Assembly: GCA_964247055.1 (NCBI GenBank)
Contig: OZ176051.1
Coordinates: 7,812,001 to 7,876,000, forward strand
Direction: 5' to 3'
Source of the DNA: Paragordius varius
Taxonomy: Eukaryota; Animalia; Nematomorpha
DNA length: 64,000 nt
The notes beneath the pieces are model-generated. The model was given only the letters and a program-made list of their open reading frames with translations, did no database searches and was not told the origin of the DNA. Position numbers and translations under genes: made by a program. Shown in pieces: positions 25,338-37,800 of this stretch. How positions within the stretch are numbered: position 1 is the first letter of the stretch; each line of letters opens with the position of its first letter.

Positions 25338-28300
25338 TTACAATGGAAAATCATTTTTTCTAAAAAATTTAATATGGGAAAATGTTTTAAATTTCAAATA
25401 AATTATTGGTTTATTATTTCTGCACATTGGCGTCGTTATATCAAGAATTTTATTTGGTCATTTATGAAAATAATGACTAATTGTTATGCAAGGATAATAT
25501 TTAAATAGAAATAATTGAGAATATTATTTCTAGAGTCTATAATATCATTGATTAATAATATTTCCTCAGACCAATTAATAGGATACTTATTAACAATGTG
25601 AATAAGCTTGCAATTATTTATAACATTAAATCGCTTAAAATAGGAAGTAATATCAGAACAAGCATGATGTCTTTGAATATGGTAATTCCGAGTTTTTAGT
25701 TTTTGGACATTTCTTAATTTTAGAGATTTGATTAAATATTTAAAACTCATCTCTCCTACTAATACCAATACCCACAGTATGAAACAATAATTTTCCAACC
25801 GCTTTAACGTAGTGAATATGTAAAATGTTGTCGTATTTAGTGATTTTGGCTATAAAAAAATATTTTTCAATGTCCGACGGGACACACGGTCCATTTGGAT
25901 AAAAATCAGAAAACTGATTCAACTGTCATGACCAAATGGTAACTTGCCAATAATATAGTATGCATGTGTTAATTTTATGTAAGCATACTGAGATTAAAAA
26001 TGTTAAAGAGTTCCTCACTTAAAAAAACTCGATTATTAGATTTTTTGCAAGCTTAGCATTTTTACGAAGACTAAAATTGATTGCATACTGCATAAAAAGT
26101 TAATATAATTAAACGACCCAAAATGATATAAATGCCAATATCCAAATTTCAACACTTTAATATTATAGGATCCTCGTTCCATTTTATATTTTAAGGTAAA
26201 TATATAACCGTTTTCCTATATATTCATGAATATATCGTCTAAATTTAAATCCCCGGTTAAACATACAATCTGAAATACAGGAACGAGAGAGATGGTTATA
26301 TTGCTATTTTAATTGGTTAAAGTTTTTAATTTACGTATCTGTTAACATGTATGGGATTTTGTATTTTTATTTGGAGGTGAAATAATTCATTGTACAATGA
26401 AATGTAGTTAATAAAATGAATATAGTTTCATACTCGTTAACGGAAATATAGATTAAATAAAACCTTTTAGCAATTAAAAAATAAAATGGCAAATAATATC
26501 ATTCTTTGTATAATAAAATCAAAAATTATACCCATATTCTCCAACATGATTGTGGATGTTATATTTATTATAAACATTAGCATGCATGTAAAAAATCTCA
26601 TATAATAAAAATTAGTTATTTTCATCAAACAAAATTTTAAATCACATGAGGGATGATGATAATTAGATTTTGTTTTATCAACAGATATAAACACGTATAA
26701 AAAGTGTTAATTTAATTTAGAAAATGGGACTTCTATATACAATCTTTCTTTCTTTCTTTCTTTATTAGTGTGGCTAATTTATAATGGATTAGGCATGAGT
26801 CCTCCTACACATCGAATTGTTCTGTCTATAGAGTATCGACAATTCGGTAATCCATCATCATTGGGTACAGGCACGATTTTTGGCCCAGAATTTTGAGCCA
26901 CCGTGGCTAGAAATGCAAGAATTGACAAAGAGAGATGATAAATTATTTAATATTTTGCTTCATAAACATTTATAAAAATGCATGTCAGTCAGAATTAATT
27001 TTTTGTTATGCGCACTTTATTGATTATAGCATCAAATTAAACCGAGGATCAAAATTAATTGTATTTATAAAATTTTATTTATTTTGAAACGATGCACAAA
27101 AATGGAGTTATTGTTTTAAGTCATTTCATTCGATATCTTGAGAATATAAAAAAGATAGTGAATAAATGGGGCTTATTAAAGTGATTTTCTATAAAAATTA
27201 ATGTTATATTTTTACCATTATAAATTCATTCTTCACAGCTAAATAATTAAACAATATAGAAATATAAAGTTTTTTACTTGATTCTTCATTCATTGTTTGT
27301 GGGGCAAGTGCTGATTCACATTTTCCTATAATCAGTCCCTATTAAAATATACTGTGAAACCAACTTATTCATTCATAAGAGATATAAACCGAAAATATAA
27401 TGGATTTAATAAAAGATAAGCAGATACATGACACGCGAAAAATTCTTAGGGTAACTATACAGCTAATTATATGGTATTTTATTTATTTTATATTGTATAA
27501 TATTTTTTTACCATTGAAATCAAAACGAGTCATTATAAATATTTAAAATTTTGGTATTTTGGGTGCAATACATTTTTGTGATAATACAATTTAAATGCAG
27601 AAATGGCGTTTGACACTTTTTTTGAGTTCGGAAAGCTCATCAAATCAATCATTGTCTCTTAAAAAGCTCAAAATAAAATAAATTTGACAAAACATATCAA
27701 TTCATATGCTATATCTAACCATTTGCTTATTTTATAAATAAAAATTATAAAGATTATCTGTTAATATAGAAGATTAAAAACTAATTTGATAAAATTTTGT
27801 CGCACTTTTTGTAATAGTTTAGGCTCAAAGCGATTACTTACTTTTAAAGTATTTAAGATATTAGACCAAATTTAAAAATGCATTCCTTAATTTTTTGGAT
27901 GTAAAATTGTAAAAAATCATCGTTCCTAACTTCTTCGCCACCATTTTTTCATCATATTGTTTACATCATTAATACAACTGACTAAGTTTATAGCTTTTGA
28001 AATGAGCTGTTTTTAATCGGGTTTTGAGCTATTACAATTTTCTAAGCTGGATTCAGAAAACTGTAAAAATAATACTTTTATGTAGTACTTAAATTTTGAT
28101 TAAAAATTATACAAGTTAAAAATCTACAAAATTACCCTAAAATGTAATCGTCTGAAAAGGGAGGGTGTTAAAATAACATATTGGTAAAAGAATTTAGTTA
28201 GACAAATATCAAATACTGTTTGATATTTAATTTTAATCGACAATTTGTTTGGTGGTATTTATAGAATATTTGGGTAATAATATCTTTAAAACACTTCACT

Positions 28301-29000
28301 AAAAAAAACTGTGATTTTTCTCAAAATTAAACGGTATACTATTATTGCTTAGAAAGGTTGTATTTTAAGGTTAGTTTTATATTAACTAATCTAAAACTGC
28401 AGGAAATGATTATTTGTCCTATAGATACCATTTTAAAACTGCTAAATTTTCCAAAAATAAGGCATTTATCTCTTAGTATTTTATTTTTCAAGATTTAGCC
28501 TGAAAAATAGTTGGTTTGTTCAATCTTTTTGGCATTCGATTTGAATACGAAAATGTTTAACATTGTAATTTGGGATGTTTTGTAAGATAAGTAATAATTA
28601 TGTCCCAATGAACAAAATGGTAATTTTGATTAAAATAATCAAATGTAAAAAATAAGACTTACTAACTCAAGAATTATGAAAATTTTATATATCATCATTA
28701 AAATATAAAAAAATGATGGTATAATTTGTCATCTTTTTTTCACAATTTCCTCGAAAGCAAGAAAAATTTTAATTATTTTTTGCATATATTAAAACGGTAT
28801 AGTTTTTATCGTCATAAATTCTTTCAAATTATTATATTTGATAACTTAAATAGTATCTTTCATAAATGTTGCAATTTATTTTATCTAAAACAGGTAAAAT
28901 GAGATCAAAATACAAATGTGCGAGTGATGAGACATATACATTAACAAATAAAACAATCCATCATATTTGAAGGATAAATATGAACGCAAAATAACAATAT

Positions 29001-32000
29001 TTATTCATCAATACTGGTCATATCATTTTTAAGTATTTTAAACACTGGTCGTATTCCACGTTTGGTAAAGGTTAGGTTGGCATATGGTAATTGAGCATTT
29101 ATCTCTTTCAATTTTTCAGGATGTTGTTTATAGTATTGTGGAAATATCGTAGGCCAATCCAATAAACAGCGTAATTCTTGTTCTGTCAATTTCTAAGTTT
29201 AGTAATTAAACCGTTAGATACAAATGTGTTGATTAAAATAGAAATGATAAAAGATATATATATAAAATTAACTCATATAAATTCTGTTGTGAATCGACAG
29301 ATTGATAGTTACCAATTTACTTTTCCTCTACTTTTTCGCAATTCAGGACGACAGGTTAGATTTTAAAAATTAAGGTTTGAAATGGTTTTTTTATCTATAA
29401 AATATTGTCTTTCGTTGTTAGGTCTATCTATTATTAACCCTGTTAAATAGAAATACTGAATGTGGTTTTAATAATGGAATCACCTATCTATTGAAACCGG
29501 CACCTGCATCGATCTTAAGAACCAATGTTGGTTAAAATGAATTCAAAAGTCTTGGAAACTTAATTTTTGTCTATATAAACAAATCCTATATATGAAGATA
29601 ATTAAACTAAAACCATAGGATCCTGCTTCACAGGTGATTTTGAAGTAGGCGAATGTAATTTATTAGCCTTAAGTGGTGATAATTTGCCATTAATTTGGGT
29701 CCGTGTCTTGTATATAGATGTATATTCAAGTTCATTCAAAATGTTCATGATTTCTTGTGCAGAAAATGGGATATTTACTTTGGACGTGCTAAAATTTTTG
29801 CGAGTATCTTTAAATTTTTCTAAAGATGTGTGCATTAAAGTTAAAGATTTATTAATAATGATAAATAATTTAAGAAGGCTATTTACATGCTTCTCTTTCA
29901 ATCAATTAAAAAATTTATTAGAAAGTCAATCAAAAATATTTTATGTAAAATTTTCTTTCGTAATGTTTTAATATCAAAATACTATATATAACACCCAACT
30001 ATTTCCAACAATTCGAATTAATTTTTACATTATTCTCCCCAAATATTAGCTAATTTTTTTGATTGAATGGTATTTTATTAATTATTAACATAATAAATAA
30101 AAGTTAGAGATAAATATATACTTATAAAAAATGCTTTACCTTTGGGTATTATCATTTTCTCCAATTTTTTCTTAGCAAACGCCCGATCCACCATAATTTG
30201 ATCGACCGTTCCTTCTGTGACCAATCTATAAACCACAACGGGTTTATCTTGTCCAATTCTATGGCAACGATCTTGAGCTTGTAAATCTGATTGTGGATTC
30301 TATGCAATAAATGATAATTAATTTATTCTAAAAAAAGTAATGTTTTTATATGCTATAGAGGTAACTAAAATATAAACTTTAAAAAAATAAAATCACACAA
30401 TAATTCGCAAATGGGATTTTTGTAAGTCAATCAAATGAATGGGTAAAAAATCCCTATATAGCATATATTGATTGATAAGAGAATTATAATAAATTCTTAA
30501 AATATGATTAAATATAATAAATTTTTTCATGGTGGATTTATAATTTATTCATTGTCTCAAATCAAATTAACTCATATTGAAAAAGTACTAGAGCTTTTCA
30601 AATAATTCTATCTTTATGATCATAAAAATTACAAACATATTTAAAATCGATTCGATGGTCATATAAAGCATGCACTGTATAGCGCAAATATTAGAATTTT
30701 AAACAAAGCTTTGTAATAAATTCTCGTATTTTTTCGACCAGTTTGTCCTAAATAAATTTTATCACATCTGCATTTCAGTTTACTGTTTTGACAGGTTCGT
30801 CGGTATTAGTTTTGTGTTATAAAATTAATTTTTATTTTTTTAGTAGATTTATAATCATTAATCTTCTTTTTAGATATTGGCCATTTATCTGCTACATAAT
30901 TTATGTATAAGTTAATTTGTTAAATTATTAATGGGTGAGGTTTTGAAAGTTTATGTAGGACGAACTGGTAGAAAAATGATTAAAAATTCTAAAATTATTA
31001 AAGGTATTGCGCAAAATCAGAGGATTTTGATTATGACCATCAAATTATTTTTTATATGTTAAAATATAAATTATAAAGATAGAAAAATTAAGAAACTTTA
31101 TAAAATACTACACATAACAATTTTAACGATGATTGGATACACCATAATATATGGTGAAAAATTATATTATAATTAGCACAATTGATGTTAATTCAATAGT
31201 TTCCTGTTAAATAGTATATTATAAATATTTTGCAGTAATATATACAGATTTTTCACTCATTCATTTTAAATTGAAATATATCCCCTTTTAAGGATTTTAA
31301 ACTATTTGTATTTTGATTTCAATTTTTAATTGGATAATTTAATAATTATTTAATTGATGTGAAAATTTATTAAAAAAAGCGTAATATACGTATAAAGATG
31401 GGTATCTACTAAGTATTAGCAACCAGCTAAATTTGACAGACACCTACCAATACCCTAAGAAAACACCTTGAAAAGTATAATTCAACATTTTATCTTCCAC
31501 CTTTTAAAAAACAACAGACCGCATGACAAAAAATAAAATTAATATGATACCCAATCGCTATCGAATATGATTACACAGCTTGCAGCTGTCAAGTTGATTC
31601 CTAAACCGCCCGCCCGTGTGCTGATTAAATACACATCGGTAGTTTGATCATTCCTTTCTTTGCTAGGTTTTTCGTGTTGAAAGCGTTCGATATCTTTTTT
31701 ACGATCATCCAGAGATGTTGACCCATCCAATCTAAGCATTAACATAGGTTATTTTAGAGACAAAGTACGACAAGAAGGACGGTTAATATAAATCAAGTTG
31801 TTTTAGACCCTTTTGTGAAACATACGCTTTAAGCAAAGTGTAATCAATCTTTATTTCTTATAAGTAAAATTTTATTAAATCATTCAATAATGTCACAAAT
31901 AATAACAAAAAAATATACCTGGCATATTTGAAATGTCTGTATTCACAATATTCTTCAAGAATGTCCAGCATCGACGTCATTTGTGAAAATAAAAGAACCT

Positions 32001-34831
32001 GTAAAATAAATATAAATTTATATAAACAAACATTTTTTAAACAATTGTAATGAAAAAAATTAATCTATATTTCAGTAAAACTCATATTTAATGTTAAATT
32101 AAGTTAGCGCTAACCTAAATATTTACAAAAAACACACCTTATGTCCTAATAATTTAAGACGAGGCAGGATTTGATCCAATATAACCATTTTCCCGGAACA
32201 TTGGATGAGTGCATCATTTACAGGGTAAGGCCATTTTTGGTCAATCAAGTATGGATGATTACTGCATTTACGTAAAGCCATCCATATATTATTACTGTTT
32301 ATAAGGGGTATAACAGTTACGATCGGTGAGTAAAGGGATGATTTTGTTTCATTTGATGAATTCTCATGATCGGATCTATGCCATAATTATAGCATATTAG
32401 ATTTTGATAACCAAAAAATTTTATTTAGAAGATTAATATTATATAACAATTAGAGAGTTATATATTTATTATATAAAATATATTTAAGCCATTCCGTTTT
32501 AAGTTAAAATATTAAAAAATTAAAAGGCGATCAGTAAAATCGGTTTATATTAATCAAAGGTAAATATATGTGAGATTATATATATAAAAATTACTCAGTT
32601 TCGTCTTCCAAATCAATTTCAATAGGTTTGGTATCAAAATATGCATTAATCATTTTTATGTCATATTTACAATGTCTCTTGGAACGATCCTTAGTGAAAT
32701 TATAAAAATATGTATATATCTATATTGTTAAATAAATATTGTAAAAAATTGTTAACATAATATAATGGTATTTAAATTTTAATAAATATAATATGCATGG
32801 TATAACTAATTACGCATTAAATCATTTTTATGGAAAACCATATTTATCCTTTTTTTTCAGTAACATTTATATGAATAATTATTTGAAATATACAGTTGTT
32901 TGCCAACTTACAAAAAATCCTATTTTCGGAACTTAAAAGGATAAAATTTAAATAATTGATTTAAAAAAAAGGTTATATTAAATAAAATTTCCAATAATGT
33001 TTATTTTCTCATAATTTAAGTATTATTGATATCCTATTTTATTTCCAAATCGCATTAAAGAAATATAATTATTTTTAAAAATGGATTAAAAATAAAAAAC
33101 TAATATTGTTTAATAATTATAATTCTATCGCAATCATTTATATATCAAAGAATTGAAAGTTTTGTTTATATAAACTTTTGAGAGAGTTCTTGAAAAAAAA
33201 TAATTAGTATTTGAAAATACCTTTTTGTCATGATTAGACAAAGTGTCAGAGTGGTGGTATTTTGATAACCAATGTTTGAAATTTTTAGCCAAGTCGACAT
33301 CATCCATATTATTTAGTGTGTGACGTCTCATTTCAACAATGTTAGATTCAATATCCATATCAAAGATTGCACGGTATAAATGATCTTGAAAAAGATCGGA
33401 GAGGGGCGTATAAACTAAAATTTCTTGTTTAGGTGGTATGTTGAAATCTACATCCATTTTAGTTCGTCGTAAGAGAAATGGTGCCAATATCTATTCAATA
33501 TTTAATCCATTTATCAAAAACGTCAATTTATAGTTATTATACTAAATTATTTTTCCAATTTATATGTAAGATAATACCATATCACTCGAAAATCGTTGAA
33601 ACGCTATAAAAAATTAATTCTTCAGGAAATAATTAATTAAACTTGAAAAAAAATTTAGCAATCATTTCTTTTTGTAATAAGTTCTCAATCTGTAAAAAAA
33701 ATAATTTATTGTTAACCTGATGTATCATATTTACGACTTTTTGTTGACGTTCTTTCAACACATTTGATAGGGTAGATTCTGATTTTTCTTCATTGGTATG
33801 GTCATTTTCACTTAATTGTGATTCTTTTATGTTACGAGTGAGAGCTGATATATCAAACCAAGAAACAAATCTAAATAAATATTATATAGTAGAATGTTTT
33901 TGTCAGTTTGTTTTGTAAAGTTGTTAACTCATATTTTATCAAATAATGTTTTTTTGGATATATCAATAAAAAAAGTATCGAAATGACATAAATACACCAT
34001 TTTATACCGATATATTTAACGACAGTAAAATTAGGTTATAAAATATAAAGGCAATATTCTAAAAAAATTACACTGATAAATCATCAAATATTTCTGGCAC
34101 CAGGAAATTAAGCAAAGACCATAACTCTTCAAGATTATTTTGTAGAGGTGTCCCTGTCATAAGCAATCGATTGGCAGAATAAAACGATTTAAGGATTCTA
34201 TTAATGGATTGAAAAAGATATTGAACCCCCCTTCAACATAATCAATTTTTAAATCAACAACGTTACATTAATCAGCTTATGTTGATTATGCACTTTTCTA
34301 ATAATAATTTTAGGTTATAAACTTATAAATTAAATTATATCTTTCCCACAAATTTAATGATTTAAGTAAAATGACTTCTTAACAGCCAAAAACGATTGAA
34401 TCAAAACCTTTTCAATTATATATTTGTAGAATAATAATGAATATTATAAAAAAACTGTATAATAATTAAAAAAACTTAAAAAAATATATTTTTTTCTTTA
34501 AAAACGGTCAAGTTGGGAATTTTAAACCATGTAAATAAGAGTAAGGAGTTTACTGTCAAAAAAAAATTTAAACAAATATAAAGGTTATTACGTAAACAAT
34601 TTGCAATTAAAATTTTTGATTCTGTGGCCCTCATCGATAACCAAGTAACGCCAATCAAATTTCTTGAGTTTAAATTGGTCATGAATAGCTATATCATAGG
34701 AGGTTAAAACTATCGGATATTTATTTATAGTAAGTGCATGTTTAATTTTTTTCAGCGCATTTGTTCGATTAGAACCGTGATAGAGTATGACATAAAGCTA
34801 TAAATACATATTATTGCAATGAAAATGAAGC

Positions 34832-34862
<31 letters not shown>

Positions 34863-37800
34863 GGATAACCAATAAAATTATTATATATAGCTAATTTAAT
34901 AGTTTAAAAAAGTATAATTCATATATTAGGAAAAAAATATCAATTTATTTAAAAAATACAAATTCAAAGACAACATTCACTAGAAGACTATTAAAATAAA
35001 TTACATGTTCAATTAATTAAATCTAAAATACCAAAATTTAATTATGTACGTAAATAGGTTGTTAAAAAGTTACATTACAATTTAAAATATTAATTTTTAA
35101 TTCAAATTATTGTTAAATTATTTATCTTCTCAGTTAAATAAATTATATAAAGAATAAAAAAGCCAAAATACATAGCAAATAATTATTTTTACCAGTTAAA
35201 TTCCAATATTTATTGATAAAATTATTTTCATCACCTCAAAAATTAAAGTTCAATAAAGGAAGTTAATATAATTTTTAGAATGATAATGACATTATGGAGC
35301 AGAATCATATATTTAAGGAGGAGAGTATCAATTGAAATCGCCGAAAAAGATATTTGAAAATAACCGAGATTAAAATAATTATTATACACTTTGCTTAGTT
35401 TAAGTTTTTAAAAATTCCAAAAATTAAAATATAAAATTTATTTCGAAAAACACATTAAATCTGCAAACATTATTGATTAAATTACCAAAATATTTGGCTA
35501 ATTCACCTAATAAATAAAAAATAATTTGGAAATATATTATAATAAATCTATATTTAACAGACTTCAGGCGCAAATCTTTTAAATTCTGAGATCCAATTTG
35601 GTAAAGTTGAAAGGGGTGCAACCACTATATAGGGGCCGGGAACTTGATGTTCTATAAGGTGACAGAAAAAGGCTATGCATTGCACTGTTTTCCCTAAGCC
35701 CATCTCGTCAGCCAATATTCCGTTTATACCATTTTCGTATAAAATCTATGAAAAAAAATTTCATCAATTATTGGTCCAAAATTGAAAAGTTGATATAGTA
35801 AACCCCTCTACCCATCCTAAAGATGTGGGCTTTTCAAAATGAACAGCGCCTAAATAGCTCATACACTTCCGATATTTAAACATAGTTTTTGCGTTAAAAT
35901 TATAACCTGAGTTCCTAGTATAAAACTCTTATAATGAGCCAAAAAATCCTAAAAATCCGTTGAATATTATTTAATTAAAATGGTAATTAATAACTAATTA
36001 TCAATCAGAAATTTAATTTTTTTATAAAAAAGAGTCGTGATATGAATTTTGATTCATTTTTTTAACACAGTCGGGTCAATAGTAGTATCAACTATATATA
36101 TACATATATTTGTGTACATATATTAAATAAGTAAAAAAAGCGAAGGACAGAAGTCTTATATATGTGGAATTAAAATTTGGTTATTATAAATCATCAAACC
36201 GTTGTTTGTCCAGCATGTGCTAGCTTCCAAATTCTTGAGCGAAATAGCTTGCGATCGAGACAATCGTCTTTGTTCAGTTGAGTTAAGTGTAAGTCATTGC
36301 TGAGTGTTTTTTCCCAATCATGGTATGGTCTGCCTCGTTTTAAATTGCCGTTCGGATGAAAGGATCTAATTTTGTTAATCCAACTATTTGAGCGTTCAAT
36401 GTGACCCCAGTATCTGTGACGATTTGCTCTGAGAAAAGAAGACATAGGTGCGATATGCAGATTATGTATGCTTTTATTATTATTTGTTTTATCATTGTGA
36501 TACTGATTGGTGAGGCATGAGTTGAGGATTTTTCTTTCTATGTCACATAATTTATTTTCATTAGTTTGGTTTAAGGGCCAACATTCGCTAGCATAGGTGA
36601 GGGCAGGGCGAATGGCAATCGTGTAGATTTTGCCCTTGTTTGGGTTTGAAATGTGTTTGTGTTTCATTATATACTTGAGTTGATGAAATTTGGCCCAAGC
36701 CTGATGTGTCCGTGTTGTTATGGCGTTTTTAATATTCATATCAGCTGCTATTGTATCACCCAGGTAATTGTACTTGTTTAATATTTCGATGTTTGTAGTT
36801 GGAAGGTAGGTGGTTTGTGTGGGATTATTTGGGTTTATATCTGGTGTTGCACAAGCTTTACATATAAAATTTTCAATTCCCAATAAACTTCCTTTAATTT
36901 GTGAGCACTTTTTATGGACCCACAGCTGGCATTTAGTGCATTTGATGGAATTAAGTTTCACTTCAGAGTGACAAATGGAGCAAGGAAATTTTATTACAGG
37001 TACCGGTGAGCCTGTTATTAAAGCCTTTGTTTTATCTGTGTTAATTTTGAGGCCAAATTTTTCTAAAGTAGATTTCCAGAGGTTATATTTATTGATAATG
37101 TCTGTTTCGCTGGTGGCTGTTAGTATTATGTCGTCAGCGTACATCATCTCAAAAGGTAAACCTGTTTTTATATTATCAGTTATTACATCCATAATGATGA
37201 TAAATAGTAATGGACTGAGGATGGAGCCCTGGTGTAGTCCGACAGTTACTGGAAATTGATTGGTATCACCCACGGGAGTTCTCACGCAACTAGTGGTGTT
37301 CTCATATAGTAAGTTTATTATTCTTATTATCCATTCCGGAATTTCTTTTTTTCGTAACGCAAATGTGATCAGGGACCGCGGGATGCAGTCGAATGCACGG
37401 CTTAAATCAATAAAGATGTGATATAAGGTTTTGTTTTTGCATCTGTAGTTCTCTTGTAGCCTTCTAAGAATGAATATGGCGTCAGAGGTGCTGCTCCCCT
37501 GTTGGAAACCGAATTGGTTTTCGTCAATCGAGCAAAGCTGACGTATTTTCTTTTCTATAATTATTTCGAATAATTTGGTTGCGTGTTCAAGTAATTTTAA
37601 TGGTCTGTAGGAGGCGCAGTTGAGCATGTCGCCTTTGTTTTTATATATTGGAATTAGGACACTTTGGTTCCAGTCGTTCGGGATTTTTTCCTCCATTATA
37701 ATCAGATTAAATAGCTCTGTGAAATAGGTAATTGCTTCAGGAATATTTTTGTACATTTCAGTTTTAATTTCCGTTGGACCAGATGCCTTATTGATTTTAC

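Noticed and set aside
33690-33716. 27-nt GT..CAG mini-intron after HELLS exon 7
   Set aside because: Using it leads to a stop after about 24 codons and skips the conserved ILAPFLLRR exon; the acceptor at 33491 restores homology.
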